From Patescibacteria group bacterium (lineage in GTDB: Bacteria; Patescibacteriota; Minisyncoccia; Phycocordibacterales; Phycocordibacteraceae): a stretch of DNA of 64,000 nucleotides. Position numbers and translations under genes: made by a program. Below, one piece after another: positions 28,533 through 38,888 of this stretch (position 1 is the first letter of the stretch; each line of letters starts with the position of its first letter). Where the stretch lies: the NCBI GenBank assembly GCA_004322365.1, contig SCTS01000006.1:160756-224755 (forward strand). The letters are read 5' to 3'. The notes under the pieces were generated by a model. That model did no database searches. It saw only the letters and a program-made list of their open reading frames with translations, and had not been told where the DNA came from.

Positions 28533-30677
28533 ATGAATGCGAACGATCCCATCGACTCCCTCACTCGTCTCACGCACATACAGCGTGCAGGACTAAAGCG
28601 TCTCCAAATAGAAAGCGTGCGTGACCTCTTGTACCACTTCCCTGTTCGCTACGAATCAGCTGCAGACATCCGCACGGTGTCTGTCGCTGGCGGAGACGAA
28701 GTCGCAACACTGTATGGAAAATTCTCAAAGCTCGAGATGAAACGCTCGTGGAAAACAAAAGTGCCTATGGCTGAGGGTACTTTCAGTGATGGCACGGGCA
28801 GTATGCGTATCGTGTGGTTTCATCAACCCTATCTTGCAAAAATGATTCCTGTGGAGCAACTGGTGCGCATTCGTGGAAAAGTGAGTGAAAAAGATGGTAA
28901 GAAATCAATAATTAACCCAGTCGTCGAACAAGCGTCAGGAGTGCCTTTTATGGAGACTGGCGGTGAGATGTTTCCAGTGTACTCAGAAACCGCAGGTATT
29001 ACGTCGCTGTGGATTTTCCATGTGATAAAAAAAGCCATTGAAAAAGGTGCGCTCGATACTCTTGAGGATCCACTCCCTCCGAAACTCCTAAAGACATACC
29101 ACCTCCCCGCTTTAAAGAGTGCACTCATTTGGATTCATGAACCAAAGCGGGAGGGCGATGCAGAGGTTGCCCGCAAACGATTCGCATTTGAAGAGGTGTT
29201 TTTGATTCAAATCGCGAGAGCACTTGAACGAGAGAAAAATAAATCCGAGCGTGCGTATGAAATAGATGCAGATGAGGCAAAAGTTTCTGCATTCGTTAAA
29301 ACATTTCCGTTCGATGCAACTGCGGGACAAAAAAAAGCTATCGGCACTATCATTGCAGACTTTTTAGAGCCGTACCCAATGGCACGACTGCTTGAGGGCG
29401 ATGTAGGGAGCGGGAAAACAGCAATTGCAGCGGCAACAGCCTACGCTGTTGCGACCTCAAGGCCGAAGAATGCAAAGGGAGCTACACAAACGTTTGGAAA
29501 TCTCCAAGTTGCCTACATGTGCCCAACAGAAATTCTTGCAAAACAGCACTTCGCAACATTCACCGCATTCTTTAAAAAATATCCGATTGCTATTGGACTG
29601 GTAACTTCGTCAGGATGTTTTAAATTTCCTTCAAAAGTAAACCCTGAGAAACCAACAAACATCTCACGAGCACAACTCATGAAGTGGGTGGCAAACGGTG
29701 AAATTCCCATTCTTATTGGAACCCATTCACTCATACAAAAGACTGTGGGATTTAAACACCTTGCCTATGTCATCGTGGATGAACAACATCGCTTCGGTAC
29801 CTTGCAACGCCAAGCCATTATGAAAAAAGGTGGAGCCTCCCCTCACCTCCTATCTATGACCGCAACACCAATTCCCCGCACACTTGCGCTCACTTTGTAC
29901 GGCGACTTAGATTTGACGGTCTTGGATGAATTACCTGCTGGAAGAAAAATGATTACGACTGAAATAGTCACTCCAGGGGCACGAAATAAAGCATATGAAA
30001 AAATACGGGAACTGTTGAAAGAAGGCAGGCAGGCGTATGTCATTTGCCCACGCATTGATGAGCCAGACCCTTCAAAAGCTCTGGCCCTCCAAACTCGCTC
30101 AGTTACTGCTGAGGCGAAACGTTTGGAAAAAGAAGTGTTTCCTGAATACATTCTTGAAAAACTCCACAGCAAAATGACACCTAAAGAGAAAGAAGAAACA
30201 ATGGCGCGATTCGAGCGAGGCGAAACAGATATTCTTGTTGCAACATCTGTAGTTGAAGTGGGAGTCAATGTGCCAAATGCAACTGTCATAATGATTGAGG
30301 GTGCTGACCGATTTGGTCTTGCACAATTACACCAACTCCGTGGACGTGTACAACGCTCAGCACACCAACCGTATTGTTTTTTAATGGTTGAAAAATCCGC
30401 AGGTGCCAACAATGTACGCTTGAAAGCAATTCAATCTGCAAAGAATGGTTTCGAACTTGCTGAGAAAGATTTAACCATTCGAGGTGCGGGAGAACTCTAT
30501 GGTAGACGCCAGTGGGGCATCTCTGACATCGGTATGGATGCGCTGAAAAATCTTAAATTGGTGGAAGCCGCGAGAAAAGAAGCGGGAATCATTGTAGAAA
30601 AAAATTCTACACTTGAAAGTAATCCCCTACTTCGAGAACGGGCTCTAGAAAAAGCGCGGGAATTGCATTTTGAGTAA
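28533..30677 (+). CDS. recG: ATP-dependent DNA helicase RecG
   Basis: 714 aa. N-terminal wedge domain, Walker A GDVGSGKTAIAAATAY, DEQHRFG and helicase C motifs. Confidence 0.9.
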   Translation: MNANDPIDSLTRLTHIQRAGLKRLQIESVRDLLYHFPVRYESAADIRTVSVAGGDEVATLYGKFSKLEMKRSWKTKVPMAEGTFSDGTGSMRIVWFHQPYLAKMIPVEQLVRIRGKVSEKDGKKSIINPVVEQASGVPFMETGGEMFPVYSETAGITSLWIFHVIKKAIEKGALDTLEDPLPPKLLKTYHLPALKSALIWIHEPKREGDAEVARKRFAFEEVFLIQIARALEREKNKSERAYEIDADEAKVSAFVKTFPFDATAGQKKAIGTIIADFLEPYPMARLLEGDVGSGKTAIAAATAYAVATSRPKNAKGATQTFGNLQVAYMCPTEILAKQHFATFTAFFKKYPIAIGLVTSSGCFKFPSKVNPEKPTNISRAQLMKWVANGEIPILIGTHSLIQKTVGFKHLAYVIVDEQHRFGTLQRQAIMKKGGASPHLLSMTATPIPRTLALTLYGDLDLTVLDELPAGRKMITTEIVTPGARNKAYEKIRELLKEGRQAYVICPRIDEPDPSKALALQTRSVTAEAKRLEKEVFPEYILEKLHSKMTPKEKEETMARFERGETDILVATSVVEVGVNVPNATVIMIEGADRFGLAQLHQLRGRVQRSAHQPYCFLMVEKSAGANNVRLKAIQSAKNGFELAEKDLTIRGAGELYGRRQWGISDIGMDALKNLKLVEAARKEAGIIVEKNSTLESNPLLRERALEKARELHFE

Positions 30678-30831
30678 AAACTAGAGAGTGTGCTCGCCAA
30701 AAAAGCACCTGCCGCACGTTTTTCCTGACTCTGAGACATCCCTCTTGCAACTACACATACAACTACACACAAACGCACCCGCTTCGTGTCTCGATACGCC
30801 TACATATTTCTCAGAACGTAGTTTCATATAG

Positions 30832-30904
30832 TCCACCCTCTTGGACTCGAACCAAGGACCCTCGAGGTATAAGCTCGATGCTCTAACCAACTGAGCTAAG
30901 GGTG
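30832..30904 (-). tRNA. tRNA-Ile (anticodon UAU)
   Basis: Manual fold of 73 nt: acceptor CCACCCT/AGGGTGG, D-arm GCTC-AGTTGGTTA-GAGC, anticodon arm TCGAG-CTTATAC-CTCGA, T-arm CTTGG-TTCGAGT-CCAAG, discriminator A. Confidence 0.7.
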
Positions 30905-30939
30905 GATATCCGCACTATATATCCTCAAGTGCGAATAAA

Positions 30940-31140
30940 TCAATCAACGACTGCTTGGCGAGATTCAAAGAAACTCCCGAGAATATCAAGGAGATCTCCT
31001 TTGTCAGGATTCCTATCAAACGACTCGATAAGGGGAATAGGAACAATGTCTGGAATACCTCGGAAATATGGGGAGTGAGTTGCTGACCTCACTCCATCAG
31101 CGGTAAAAAAGTTTTTCTCTTTACCTTTGTAATTGGACAT
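30940..31140 (-). CDS. Small hypothetical protein downstream of ftsH
   Basis: 66-aa ORF with no motif. Weak support. Confidence 0.3.
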   Translation of the reverse strand: MSNYKGKEKNFFTADGVRSATHSPYFRGIPDIVPIPLIESFDRNPDKGDLLDILGSFFESRQAVVD

Positions 31141-31145
31141 ACACT

Positions 31146-33146
31146 CTATACCTGATGCTCGATGTCTTTTTTCTTTTTTGGTGTAATACCTCCCGCAATC
31201 AAGACTTTCTCAAACTCGTCACGCTCTACCGTCTCTACTTCAACAAGTTTTGCGGCAATCATGTCCAAGAGCTTGCGATGCTTCACAATTAAGTCCTTGG
31301 CCTTCTCGTGAGCGTCATCTATTATTTTCTTCACCTCTGAATCAATCTTTGCTGACACTTCTTCTGAATACTCCTTGTCTGAAACACCACGACCGAAAAG
31401 CGTGCGACCCCCTTCGCCCTCGAGGGCCATTGGCCCCAAAGTGTCGGACATACCGTACTTAGTAACCATGTCACGAGCAAGTGCCGTTGCTACCTGCAAG
31501 TCGTTTGATGGCCCTGTAGTCAAGTCACCAAATACTTCCATTTCAGCAACATACCCACCTAAAGAAACTGCGATGTCATCCAAGAATTCTTTCTTTGATT
31601 GCATCTTTGTATCTTCATCTGGCAACTTCAATGTGTACCCAGCAGCACGGCCACGAGAAATGATGGAAATTTTATGCACGGGGTCCGCGTACGGCAAGAT
31701 GGATGCAACGAGTGCATGTCCTCCTTCGTGATATGCAGTAATTTCTTTTTCTTTTTTATTAAGAAGGTGACTTCTTCTTTCGGGACCAAGCATTACTTTC
31801 TCGATGGAACGCACCAAGTCAAACTGTGCAACCTTCTTTCTGTTTTCTCTCGCAGCGAGAATGGCACCCTCGTTCATCAATGAATACAAATCAGCACCAG
31901 AAAATCCAGGAGTGCGCTCTGCGATAGTGCGAAGCACCACATCTTCTGCGAGAGGTTTTTTGCGTGCGTGCACCTTCAATATTGCCTCTCGATCGTCACG
32001 GTCTGGTAAATCAATGGTGACGCGCCTGTCAAACCTACCAGGGCGGAGAAGTGCTGGATCAAGAACATCGGGGCGGTTAGTTGCCGCCATAATGATAACT
32101 TTTTCATTCGGTTCAAAGCCATCCATCTCAACGAGGATTTGGTTCAGTGTTTGCTCTCGTTCATCATTTCCACCACCAACACCTGTGCCACGAATACGAC
32201 CGACTGCATCAATTTCATCAATGAAGATAATCGCAGGAGCTGCGTGTTTTGCCATATGAAAGAGGTCTCGCACACGAGAAGCACCAACGCCGACAAACAT
32301 CTCTACGAATTCAGAACCAGAGATTGAAAAGAACGGTACACCTGCTTCACCTGCAACAGCTCGGCCAAGCAATGTCTTACCTGTTCCAGGGGCACCCATA
32401 AGAAGAACGCCCTTTGGAATACGTGCACCGATATCCAAGAATTTTTTTGGATTCTTCAAAAAGTCTACGATTTCGGTCAGTTCCTCTTTTGCTTCTCGTG
32501 CGCCAGCAACATCACTGAATGTAACGCGTTGATTCAAGTCTTTCGGATCTATCATTCGTGCCTTTGACTGACCGAAGGTGAACGCTTGCATTCCTGCCCC
32601 ACGAACTTGCTTCGAGAGAAACCAAATGAATACGATGATGAGTATAAGAGGGAGAATGATGGGAGCTAGTGTGAAGAACCAGAATTGAAAACCACTCTGA
32701 TCTTTAACCTCAATCGAAACTTTTGATATTTCGTCTGCTTTCAAACCGTAGTTTGAAAGTGTTGTTGAAAGTGCGGTGTTGGACTCTTTCTTACTCGATC
32801 TCTTGCTGGTGTCAGTGTAGGTAGCGGTTAACTTATCGCCCTCGACGATAATGCTTTTTACGGAATCAGTCTTTATATCTGCGGCAAGCTGTGAAAGGGT
32901 TACATCTTTAACGTCCACCTTTTGTCCAAAGAAAAAAGAATAGAGAGATGCGAGAATCAGCACCACCAATACTATTGAGGTTATATTATTCCACCCACCT
33001 CCCTTTGCTGGCATACCGGGCATACCTTTTGGAACAAAATTTTTCAAAGGGTTTTTATCTTTGATTGGTTTTTTCTTGTCTGGAGTTTCTTTGAGATTGA
33101 TTTCAGGCATCTGGCTATTATATACGGCTACTCGCAAGAACACCAA
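31146..33146 (-). CDS. ftsH: ATP-dependent zinc metalloprotease FtsH
   Basis: 666 aa with two TM segments, an AAA module ([15 protein letters not shown]) and an HEGGH zinc site. Confidence 0.9.
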   Translation of the reverse strand: MVFLRVAVYNSQMPEINLKETPDKKKPIKDKNPLKNFVPKGMPGMPAKGGGWNNITSIVLVVLILASLYSFFFGQKVDVKDVTLSQLAADIKTDSVKSIIVEGDKLTATYTDTSKRSSKKESNTALSTTLSNYGLKADEISKVSIEVKDQSGFQFWFFTLAPIILPLILIIVFIWFLSKQVRGAGMQAFTFGQSKARMIDPKDLNQRVTFSDVAGAREAKEELTEIVDFLKNPKKFLDIGARIPKGVLLMGAPGTGKTLLGRAVAGEAGVPFFSISGSEFVEMFVGVGASRVRDLFHMAKHAAPAIIFIDEIDAVGRIRGTGVGGGNDEREQTLNQILVEMDGFEPNEKVIIMAATNRPDVLDPALLRPGRFDRRVTIDLPDRDDREAILKVHARKKPLAEDVVLRTIAERTPGFSGADLYSLMNEGAILAARENRKKVAQFDLVRSIEKVMLGPERRSHLLNKKEKEITAYHEGGHALVASILPYADPVHKISIISRGRAAGYTLKLPDEDTKMQSKKEFLDDIAVSLGGYVAEMEVFGDLTTGPSNDLQVATALARDMVTKYGMSDTLGPMALEGEGGRTLFGRGVSDKEYSEEVSAKIDSEVKKIIDDAHEKAKDLIVKHRKLLDMIAAKLVEVETVERDEFEKVLIAGGITPKKKKDIEHQV

Positions 33147-33187
33147 AGATAATAAATAAAACCCCTCTTATGGAGGGGTTTTATTTA

Positions 33188-33997
33188 TTATCTTTTGTCT
33201 CCAGTCTTCGGCTTAACTGGCGGGGTTACTGGTGGAGTAGGAGGGTACCCATATCCAGGTGGACGCTTAACGGTAAGTAGATTCCCTTTTGCACTTCCAA
33301 CATTTACCGCTCCGATCTGATTCCCACATTTTGAGTAACCGTATTTATTCTTATAGCCATATCGAATTGTCTTGCATTGATCGCCCACAGCAGAGCCGGA
33401 AGTAATAGATGCCTTGAGTTGAACGGCTTGCATACCCGCTCTTGTATAGGAAGGTTTTCCGACGATGGTAATTGTCCCTGTGGTTTGTGTGAGATAGATA
33501 GGGAGGTCTTTCTTAAAGACGAGCACATACGTGTCACCGTTAATGAACGAGACTGAAGTAGGTTCCAAAGATTGCATCATCCCGCAGGCACCGCCTTTAT
33601 AACCATACCCGTAGGTGACACCTTCATTGACGCAATATGCGTAGTGAAGAGCAAAGTCCGTCACGGAAAGTGATGGAGCCTGGCGACCAGAAACCGGTAT
33701 CGAAACTGTGAACGAATTGAGTGTTGCTTGCCATTTAACATTCATTGCTTTTACATCAAAAACAGCAAGAATTTGTGATGTGTCATTCACTAGGCTACCT
33801 GTTGGACTCTTAGCGGAACGAGCGATGATAACAGTTGGTCTTCCAGAAAAGGATGACAAAACATTTGCAACTAAAACATTGGAATCAGCAACAGCCATCC
33901 CAGACACTGCAAAGAAAGAGCCTCCAGTAATCACTCCCGCAACCAGAAGTGAGAGGAAAACTTTCATGGAGTTCCCTTTTTTATTCATTGCTGTCAT
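33188..33997 (-). CDS. Secreted hypothetical protein
   Basis: 269 aa with a signal peptide and Gly/Tyr-rich regions. Confidence 0.5.
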   Translation of the reverse strand: MTAMNKKGNSMKVFLSLLVAGVITGGSFFAVSGMAVADSNVLVANVLSSFSGRPTVIIARSAKSPTGSLVNDTSQILAVFDVKAMNVKWQATLNSFTVSIPVSGRQAPSLSVTDFALHYAYCVNEGVTYGYGYKGGACGMMQSLEPTSVSFINGDTYVLVFKKDLPIYLTQTTGTITIVGKPSYTRAGMQAVQLKASITSGSAVGDQCKTIRYGYKNKYGYSKCGNQIGAVNVGSAKGNLLTVKRPPGYGYPPTPPVTPPVKPKTGDKR

Positions 33998-34085
33998 AAA
34001 AATATATAAAGAAAGTACTATTATTAAAATGCCAATAACTCAAAAAGCGTACCATGGGAGCGGGGGTGCCTAATCTATACTGGGG

Positions 34086-35483
34086 ATGAGATACACTAGT
34101 GCGAGCATGCAGAAACTCGCACTGTCTCCAAGAAAACAAACTGCCCTATTAGGCACCATTCTCGGATTGGCCTCACTCGCACTCCACGCTATCCCATTTT
34201 TCTTATTCGGACGGCACCCGCTTGGCTATGACACAGGGTTTTATAGACGCTACTTGATTGAACCAATTACCTCTTTTCCTAATGCATCAGTCCCCGGCCT
34301 CGGAGATGATGCTTTTATAGTGCGAATGTTCTTAGACATCCTGCGATTCCTTCACCTACCTACCGACCTCATTCTCTACGGTAGCTATCTCGCCTTTTGG
34401 GCATTAATGCCAGTACTTTTATTTTTCTTTTTAAAACTATATCTACAAAAACATGGCGCCTTTATAGCAGGACTACTCTTAGTGGGCTCATCAGTCGCAT
34501 ACAACGGATACTGGTACTTCCTTCTTAAAAACGCGCTTGCACTTAATTTGATACTTCTCGCATTTATTGCAATTGAGCGAAGGTGGTCAAGCGCGTGGTT
34601 TGTACTCGACATTGCAATCGTACTCACACACAAGACGAGTGCCATCATCTACATACTCACTCTTATAGCGCTCTTTATTTTCTCGCGCGGTCGGAGAAAT
34701 GAGTACGCTCTGCACATCATCATTGCTGGAGCACTCTTTGCACTTATAAACGCACCTACAGTACATGAACTTTCTGTAGCGCTACCTTCAGCTGTTTTTC
34801 TCGATTGGCAAACATACCTATGGCTATCACTCCCGTTCATTTTAGCGATTGCGGTAGCAGGAAAAACATTTCTAAAATATAAGATTCCCTCAACACTGCT
34901 TGCGCTCGCCGGTGTCAGTCTACTGTTCCCACTTTTTCGACTCCCCTTCTATGAACGGGTATTTATTTTTTTAGACATTACGCTCGCTGGTCTCGCAGGG
35001 TATGGAATACACTCGATTCTTTCTTCTGTAAAATCTGCATGGGGTACGAAGCAGGTGTTCATGCCATTCATGTTCCTCGCACTTTTTGTTGGACTCTTTT
35101 TGGGAAACCTATGGAATCAAGTAACGAGCACCCTGCCACTGATATCGAATGAACAAATCTTAAGGATTGAGGAAATTGCAAAAGTGATACCGGCAGAAGC
35201 AACCATTCTTACCACCTCCGACGAAGCTCCGTGGTTTGAAGGATGGACTAACGCGCACATTGCAGCTCCTGGGATGCTTAATGACAATCACAATCTTGAA
35301 GCATGGACTGAGCTGTGGTCTGGAGCATCTACCGAACAAAAAATTAAATTTTTGGATGATTTCCAAAAACCTCTCTATATAAGTACTTTCTACGCAATTG
35401 AAGATATCATCGGTAAAGCTCCAGAATGTGTGCACAAAGTTGCAGAAAATCTCTGGCTCGTAGCGTGTGAAAAATCAAAATAG
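34086..35483 (+). CDS. Polytopic integral membrane protein, possibly a GT-C-type glycosyltransferase
   Basis: 465 aa with at least 10 predicted TM helices and a C-terminal soluble domain. The GT-C guess is low-confidence. Confidence 0.45.
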   Translation: MRYTSASMQKLALSPRKQTALLGTILGLASLALHAIPFFLFGRHPLGYDTGFYRRYLIEPITSFPNASVPGLGDDAFIVRMFLDILRFLHLPTDLILYGSYLAFWALMPVLLFFFLKLYLQKHGAFIAGLLLVGSSVAYNGYWYFLLKNALALNLILLAFIAIERRWSSAWFVLDIAIVLTHKTSAIIYILTLIALFIFSRGRRNEYALHIIIAGALFALINAPTVHELSVALPSAVFLDWQTYLWLSLPFILAIAVAGKTFLKYKIPSTLLALAGVSLLFPLFRLPFYERVFIFLDITLAGLAGYGIHSILSSVKSAWGTKQVFMPFMFLALFVGLFLGNLWNQVTSTLPLISNEQILRIEEIAKVIPAEATILTTSDEAPWFEGWTNAHIAAPGMLNDNHNLEAWTELWSGASTEQKIKFLDDFQKPLYISTFYAIEDIIGKAPECVHKVAENLWLVACEKSK

Positions 35484-35501
35484 CGGTATGCTGAAGCTGG
35501 C

Positions 35502-35951
35502 ATGAAAGCACTGGTAGAAAACAAGAAAGCGCGTCTTGAATATGAAATCCTCGAATCCTACGAGGCGGGGCTTCAATTGCTTGGATTAGAAGTTAAATCC
35601 CTCCGTGCCGGCAAGGCATCGCTCGCAGGGTCGCGCGTTGTAGTTCGTGGTGGTGAGGCGTTTCTTTTAGGTGTCACCATTTCTCCTTACCAAGTGGGCA
35701 ACACAGCAAAAAGCTACGACCCTGAGCGCACCAGAAGACTCCTCATGAGCAAAAAGGAAATTGCCGAGCTTGCCGTAAAAGAAGGCCAGAAGGGTTTGAC
35801 AATTATACCTATTATGGTGTATAATAAGAATAAGAAATTGAAGGTACAAGTTGCCGTAGTGCGCCACAAGGGCAAACATGACAAGCGTGATACCCTCAAA
35901 GGCCGTGACGCAAAGCGAGAGATAGAACGCACTTTGAAAACTGAATATTAA
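35502..35951 (+). CDS. smpB: SsrA-binding protein SmpB
   Basis: 149 aa with KKARLEYEILESYEAG and a C-terminal basic tail. Confidence 0.9.
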   Translation: MKALVENKKARLEYEILESYEAGLQLLGLEVKSLRAGKASLAGSRVVVRGGEAFLLGVTISPYQVGNTAKSYDPERTRRLLMSKKEIAELAVKEGQKGLTIIPIMVYNKNKKLKVQVAVVRHKGKHDKRDTLKGRDAKREIERTLKTEY

Positions 35952-36000
35952 ATTAGCCAGTCCCCGAAAACATCCTGAGCAACGTCGAAGGATTTTCCCG

Positions 36001-36392
36001 GGGGGTGACTGGTTTCGACGGAGAATTTCCTCTGTTGCGCGCAAGACGGTGAATGCTGGAGATCACCTTAAACCTCGAGCACTGAAACGTGCAAACGCTT
36101 CTATAAAGAGCCCTTACAATTTCGCTTTTGCGACTGCGTAAGTTCCCTCTTCCGTCCTCGCTTCGGCCGGGACGGCGCTAGGCTTCTGATGTCTAATAGG
36201 AAGACTCTAGTGCCATAACATCAGACTCTATTCTTCTTTACTGCTCGTAGAAAAGAATGAAATTGAAGAGCTCGGATAGGTGTCATTTTGTTCGTTCTCT
36301 ACCCACCTGTCTTAAACCTTGAAACGAACTATGTCTTGTAGAAACGCTTCGGAGACCCTCTCTGTACGGGAGTTCGACTCTCCCCACCTCCA
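36001..36392 (+). ncRNA. ssrA: tmRNA (ssrA)
   Basis: 5' GGGGGTGACTGGTTTCGACGG and 3' GGGAGTTCGACTCTCCCCACCTCCA form a tRNA-like domain. Internal ORF GCA AAC GCT ... GCG TAA predicts the tag ANASIKSPYNFAFATA. Lies immediately downstream of smpB. Confidence 0.8.
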
Positions 36393-36440
36393 CAAATAAA
36401 AATTACCTGCGTGCGCAGGTAATTTTTATTTGTGGAGGTG
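36383..36440 (+). terminator. Exceptionally long perfect hairpin (about 27 bp) overlapping the tmRNA 3' end
   Basis: Sequence ccacctccacaaataaaaattacctgcg tg cgcaggtaatttttatttgtggaggtgg. Confidence 0.6.
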
Positions 36441-36464
36441 GAACAAGCAAATAGTTTTGCTTGT

Positions 36465-36566
36465 GTGGAGAGTCGAAAGCCGGAGCCATGCCGTTTACGG
36501 CAGGCGAGGCCGGGCAGGAACCACTTAGCGAGTCCGCGAGCTTAGTGAGTTGACGCCGACTCTTCC
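36465..36566 (+). ncRNA. ffs: Signal recognition particle RNA (small 4.5S type)
   Basis: Terminal helix ggagagtcg...cgactcttcc. The domain IV-like core CGUUUACGGCAGGCGAGGCCGGGCAGGAACCAC resembles E. coli UGUUUACCAGGUCAGGUCCGGAAGGAAGCAGCC. A terminator hairpin aaacccgcttaatgcgggttttt follows at 36578-36602. Confidence 0.55.
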
Positions 36567-36688
36567 CAGAAAAATTGCAAACCCGCTTAATGCGGGTTTT
36601 TGTATGTGTGGAGAATAGACCCTTGCTTCTCGTTGATAGTCAGCGTATAACAACCTGAATCATGTAGTGGTTTTTACTCACCAATATC

Positions 36689-37699
36689 ATGAACACTAAA
36701 TCAAACACAGAATCTATGGGAGAAAACGGTGAACATCGTGAGGGGAAACGAATAGAGCGAGCTGAAATAAAAATGCTTGGCCCTATAAGCTATATAGCTC
36801 CACACGAAGGGCTATGGACTGGCTCAATATCAAGAAAAGCCCACCAATCTGAACGAGTAACAGGGGCATTGCAAGAAATACCCCATTATTTTGTGATGGC
36901 TGATACTGATGCCCCTGAGCGCTGCATTGATGGTCGTCCTAAAGTAAAAAAAGGTGCGCGTGGTCATCTACAAGAAATGCACCTTGGTCCTCAGACTCCC
37001 GGAGGCACTCCCGCAATGACATTGGCATACAGAATCATGAATGCTGGGACACTCCCTGAAGGAAAGAAGTTTTGTGACGATTTGAAAGACACTATAGGCC
37101 TCTGTAAAAAACACGGAATATCCTTTGGTGGCCACATTGATGACCATAACCATGGGTTCAACTGTGGGTGCGGTGCAATTGATAAAATCCCAGAAATATT
37201 CAAGAAGATACTTGAGCCAGAGTTCAAAGAATCGGCTTCTGTATATTTGAAGGCAATTCTTGGGGAGCGATTTGACGCAGATGTTATGCAGAGCTTAATA
37301 GGGCGTGCCGATGAGTTAAATGCGCAAAACGGTAACTATCTTGAACAAACAGCAGATGGTGATTATCTCTTCAGAAAAAAAGTGATTGAGACCCTTGAAA
37401 CGGAAGCAACAAATGTACAGCCAGTAGAAGAATTAATAGGAGACCACCGCGAGATTGCATTGGTCGTAAACTTGGTTCCTGGTAGCACGTTCGACAGGGA
37501 TGCGTTTACAAAAGCACAGGGTTCTGAGGTACAAGCGTTTAACTATGACTTCTGGGTGAGTGAAGATTTTGCAAATAAACTATTCAAAAGTGAGAAAAAA
37601 CGTACCGAATTCCTTACTATCCGAGCCATGCTTGGAATTGCTACAGCTATGGTGCTCACAGACGGTTCAATGGAGCTCATTCTCCGCACAAAAAAATAG
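36689..37699 (+). CDS. Hypothetical protein with Cys/His-rich putative metal-binding motifs
   Basis: 336 aa with CIDGRP, HLGPQTPGGTP and HIDDHNHGFNCGCGAID. No confident family assignment. Confidence 0.5.
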   Translation: MNTKSNTESMGENGEHREGKRIERAEIKMLGPISYIAPHEGLWTGSISRKAHQSERVTGALQEIPHYFVMADTDAPERCIDGRPKVKKGARGHLQEMHLGPQTPGGTPAMTLAYRIMNAGTLPEGKKFCDDLKDTIGLCKKHGISFGGHIDDHNHGFNCGCGAIDKIPEIFKKILEPEFKESASVYLKAILGERFDADVMQSLIGRADELNAQNGNYLEQTADGDYLFRKKVIETLETEATNVQPVEELIGDHREIALVVNLVPGSTFDRDAFTKAQGSEVQAFNYDFWVSEDFANKLFKSEKKRTEFLTIRAMLGIATAMVLTDGSMELILRTKK

Positions 37700-37732
37700 A
37701 CTAAGAATGTGCTAGAATAGCCCGAAACAACC

Positions 37733-38266
37733 TTGAGTACTCAACGAACACGCATCAACGCGCAAATACGCGCACCCGAACTTCGGGTCATCGGACCAAA
37801 CGGCGAAAACGTCGGCGTTGTTACGCTCGCCGAAGCTATGGCGCAAGCGAAAGCTGTAGAGTTGGACCTAATAGAGGTTTCACCAAACGCGACCCCACCA
37901 GTTGCGAAAATAATGGATTATGGTAAATTTCAATACGAGCAACAGAAAAAAGACCGAGAAATAAGGGCTAAATCGCACATTACAGAGACAAAAGCAGTCC
38001 AAGTTGAGGTAGGTACCGGAGAAAACGATCTTCTCCGAAAGGCCCGCCAAGCAGCTGGATGGCTCAAAGAAGGACACCGAGTACGAGTAGAGCTCTTCCT
38101 TAAGGGACGCTACAAGTACATGGATCCGGCATTTCTCAAGGAAAGATTGAAGCGTTTCGTGCTTTTGGTTCCTGAAGATTACCGTATCGCTGAGGACATA
38201 CAGAAAGGTCCAAAAGGGTTCAACATGATCCTAGAAAAGGCCGGAAAACAGAAACCAGCAAAATAA
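37733..38266 (+). CDS. infC: Translation initiation factor IF-3
   Basis: 177 aa with RINAQIRAPELRVIGPNGENVGVV..DLIEVSPNATPPVAKIMDYGKFQYEQQKK. Confidence 0.85.
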   Translation: MSTQRTRINAQIRAPELRVIGPNGENVGVVTLAEAMAQAKAVELDLIEVSPNATPPVAKIMDYGKFQYEQQKKDREIRAKSHITETKAVQVEVGTGENDLLRKARQAAGWLKEGHRVRVELFLKGRYKYMDPAFLKERLKRFVLLVPEDYRIAEDIQKGPKGFNMILEKAGKQKPAK

Positions 38267-38270
38267 CAAC

Positions 38271-38462
38271 ATGAAAACGAACAAATCATACACAAAGCGT
38301 CTCCGCGTAACCCGAAACGGCAAGATTGTTGCACGCAAAGGTGGACAGGATCATTTCAATTCTCGTGACAGCCGAAAAACTCGCACTGTGAAAGCTCGTG
38401 CGAAAGCTGTAGAGATGAGTCCTGCAATGCGCGCTCGATTCCTTCCAGGAAACGGCAAGTAA
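38271..38462 (+). CDS. rpmI: 50S ribosomal protein L35
   Basis: 63 aa. MKTNKSYTKRLRVTRNGKIVARKGG. Confidence 0.9.
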   Translation: MKTNKSYTKRLRVTRNGKIVARKGGQDHFNSRDSRKTRTVKARAKAVEMSPAMRARFLPGNGK

Positions 38463-38498
38463 ATTTTTCCAACCACTAAATACTAATCACTAATCCAT

Positions 38499-38849
38499 AT
38501 GTCTAGAGTAAAAGGAGGACCAAAGGCGATGAAGCGCCGTCGCAATATATTGAAAGCCGCAAAAGGCTATCGTTTTGGACGCTCAACAAAGACAAAGCAA
38601 GCGCTCGAAGCTTTGAAACACGCTGGTAAGTACGCATTCCGCGATCGCAGAGCTAAGAAAAGAACTATGCGAGGACTCGCAATTGTGCGCATCAACGCAG
38701 CACTTCGTGAGAGAGGTTTCAAAAACTACAGCACCTTCATGGGCGCAGTAAAGAAAGCAAATATTGAACTCGACCGCAAAGTACTTGCAGAAATTGCATC
38801 AGAATATCCAGAAGCATTCGACCGCGTTTTGAAGAAGGTCACCGGATAA
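38499..38849 (+). CDS. rplT: 50S ribosomal protein L20
   Basis: 116 aa. MSRVKGGPKAMKRRRNILKAAKGYRFGRS. Confidence 0.9.
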   Translation: MSRVKGGPKAMKRRRNILKAAKGYRFGRSTKTKQALEALKHAGKYAFRDRRAKKRTMRGLAIVRINAALRERGFKNYSTFMGAVKKANIELDRKVLAEIASEYPEAFDRVLKKVTG

Positions 38850-38861
38850 CATTCCGAAATT

Positions 38862-38888
38862 TAAAAATCCCGCAAAAGCGGGATTTTT
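38862..38888. terminator. Bidirectional rho-independent terminator between rplT and the convergent beta-CASP gene
   Basis: Sequence aaaaatcccgcaaaagcgggatttttt. Confidence 0.6.

Noticed and set aside
36689-37699. Annotation as a beta-carbonic anhydrase
   Set aside because: Only a loose CxDxR / H...C resemblance. The spacing (HGFNCGCG rather than HxxC) and the overall length do not fit, so it is left as hypothetical.
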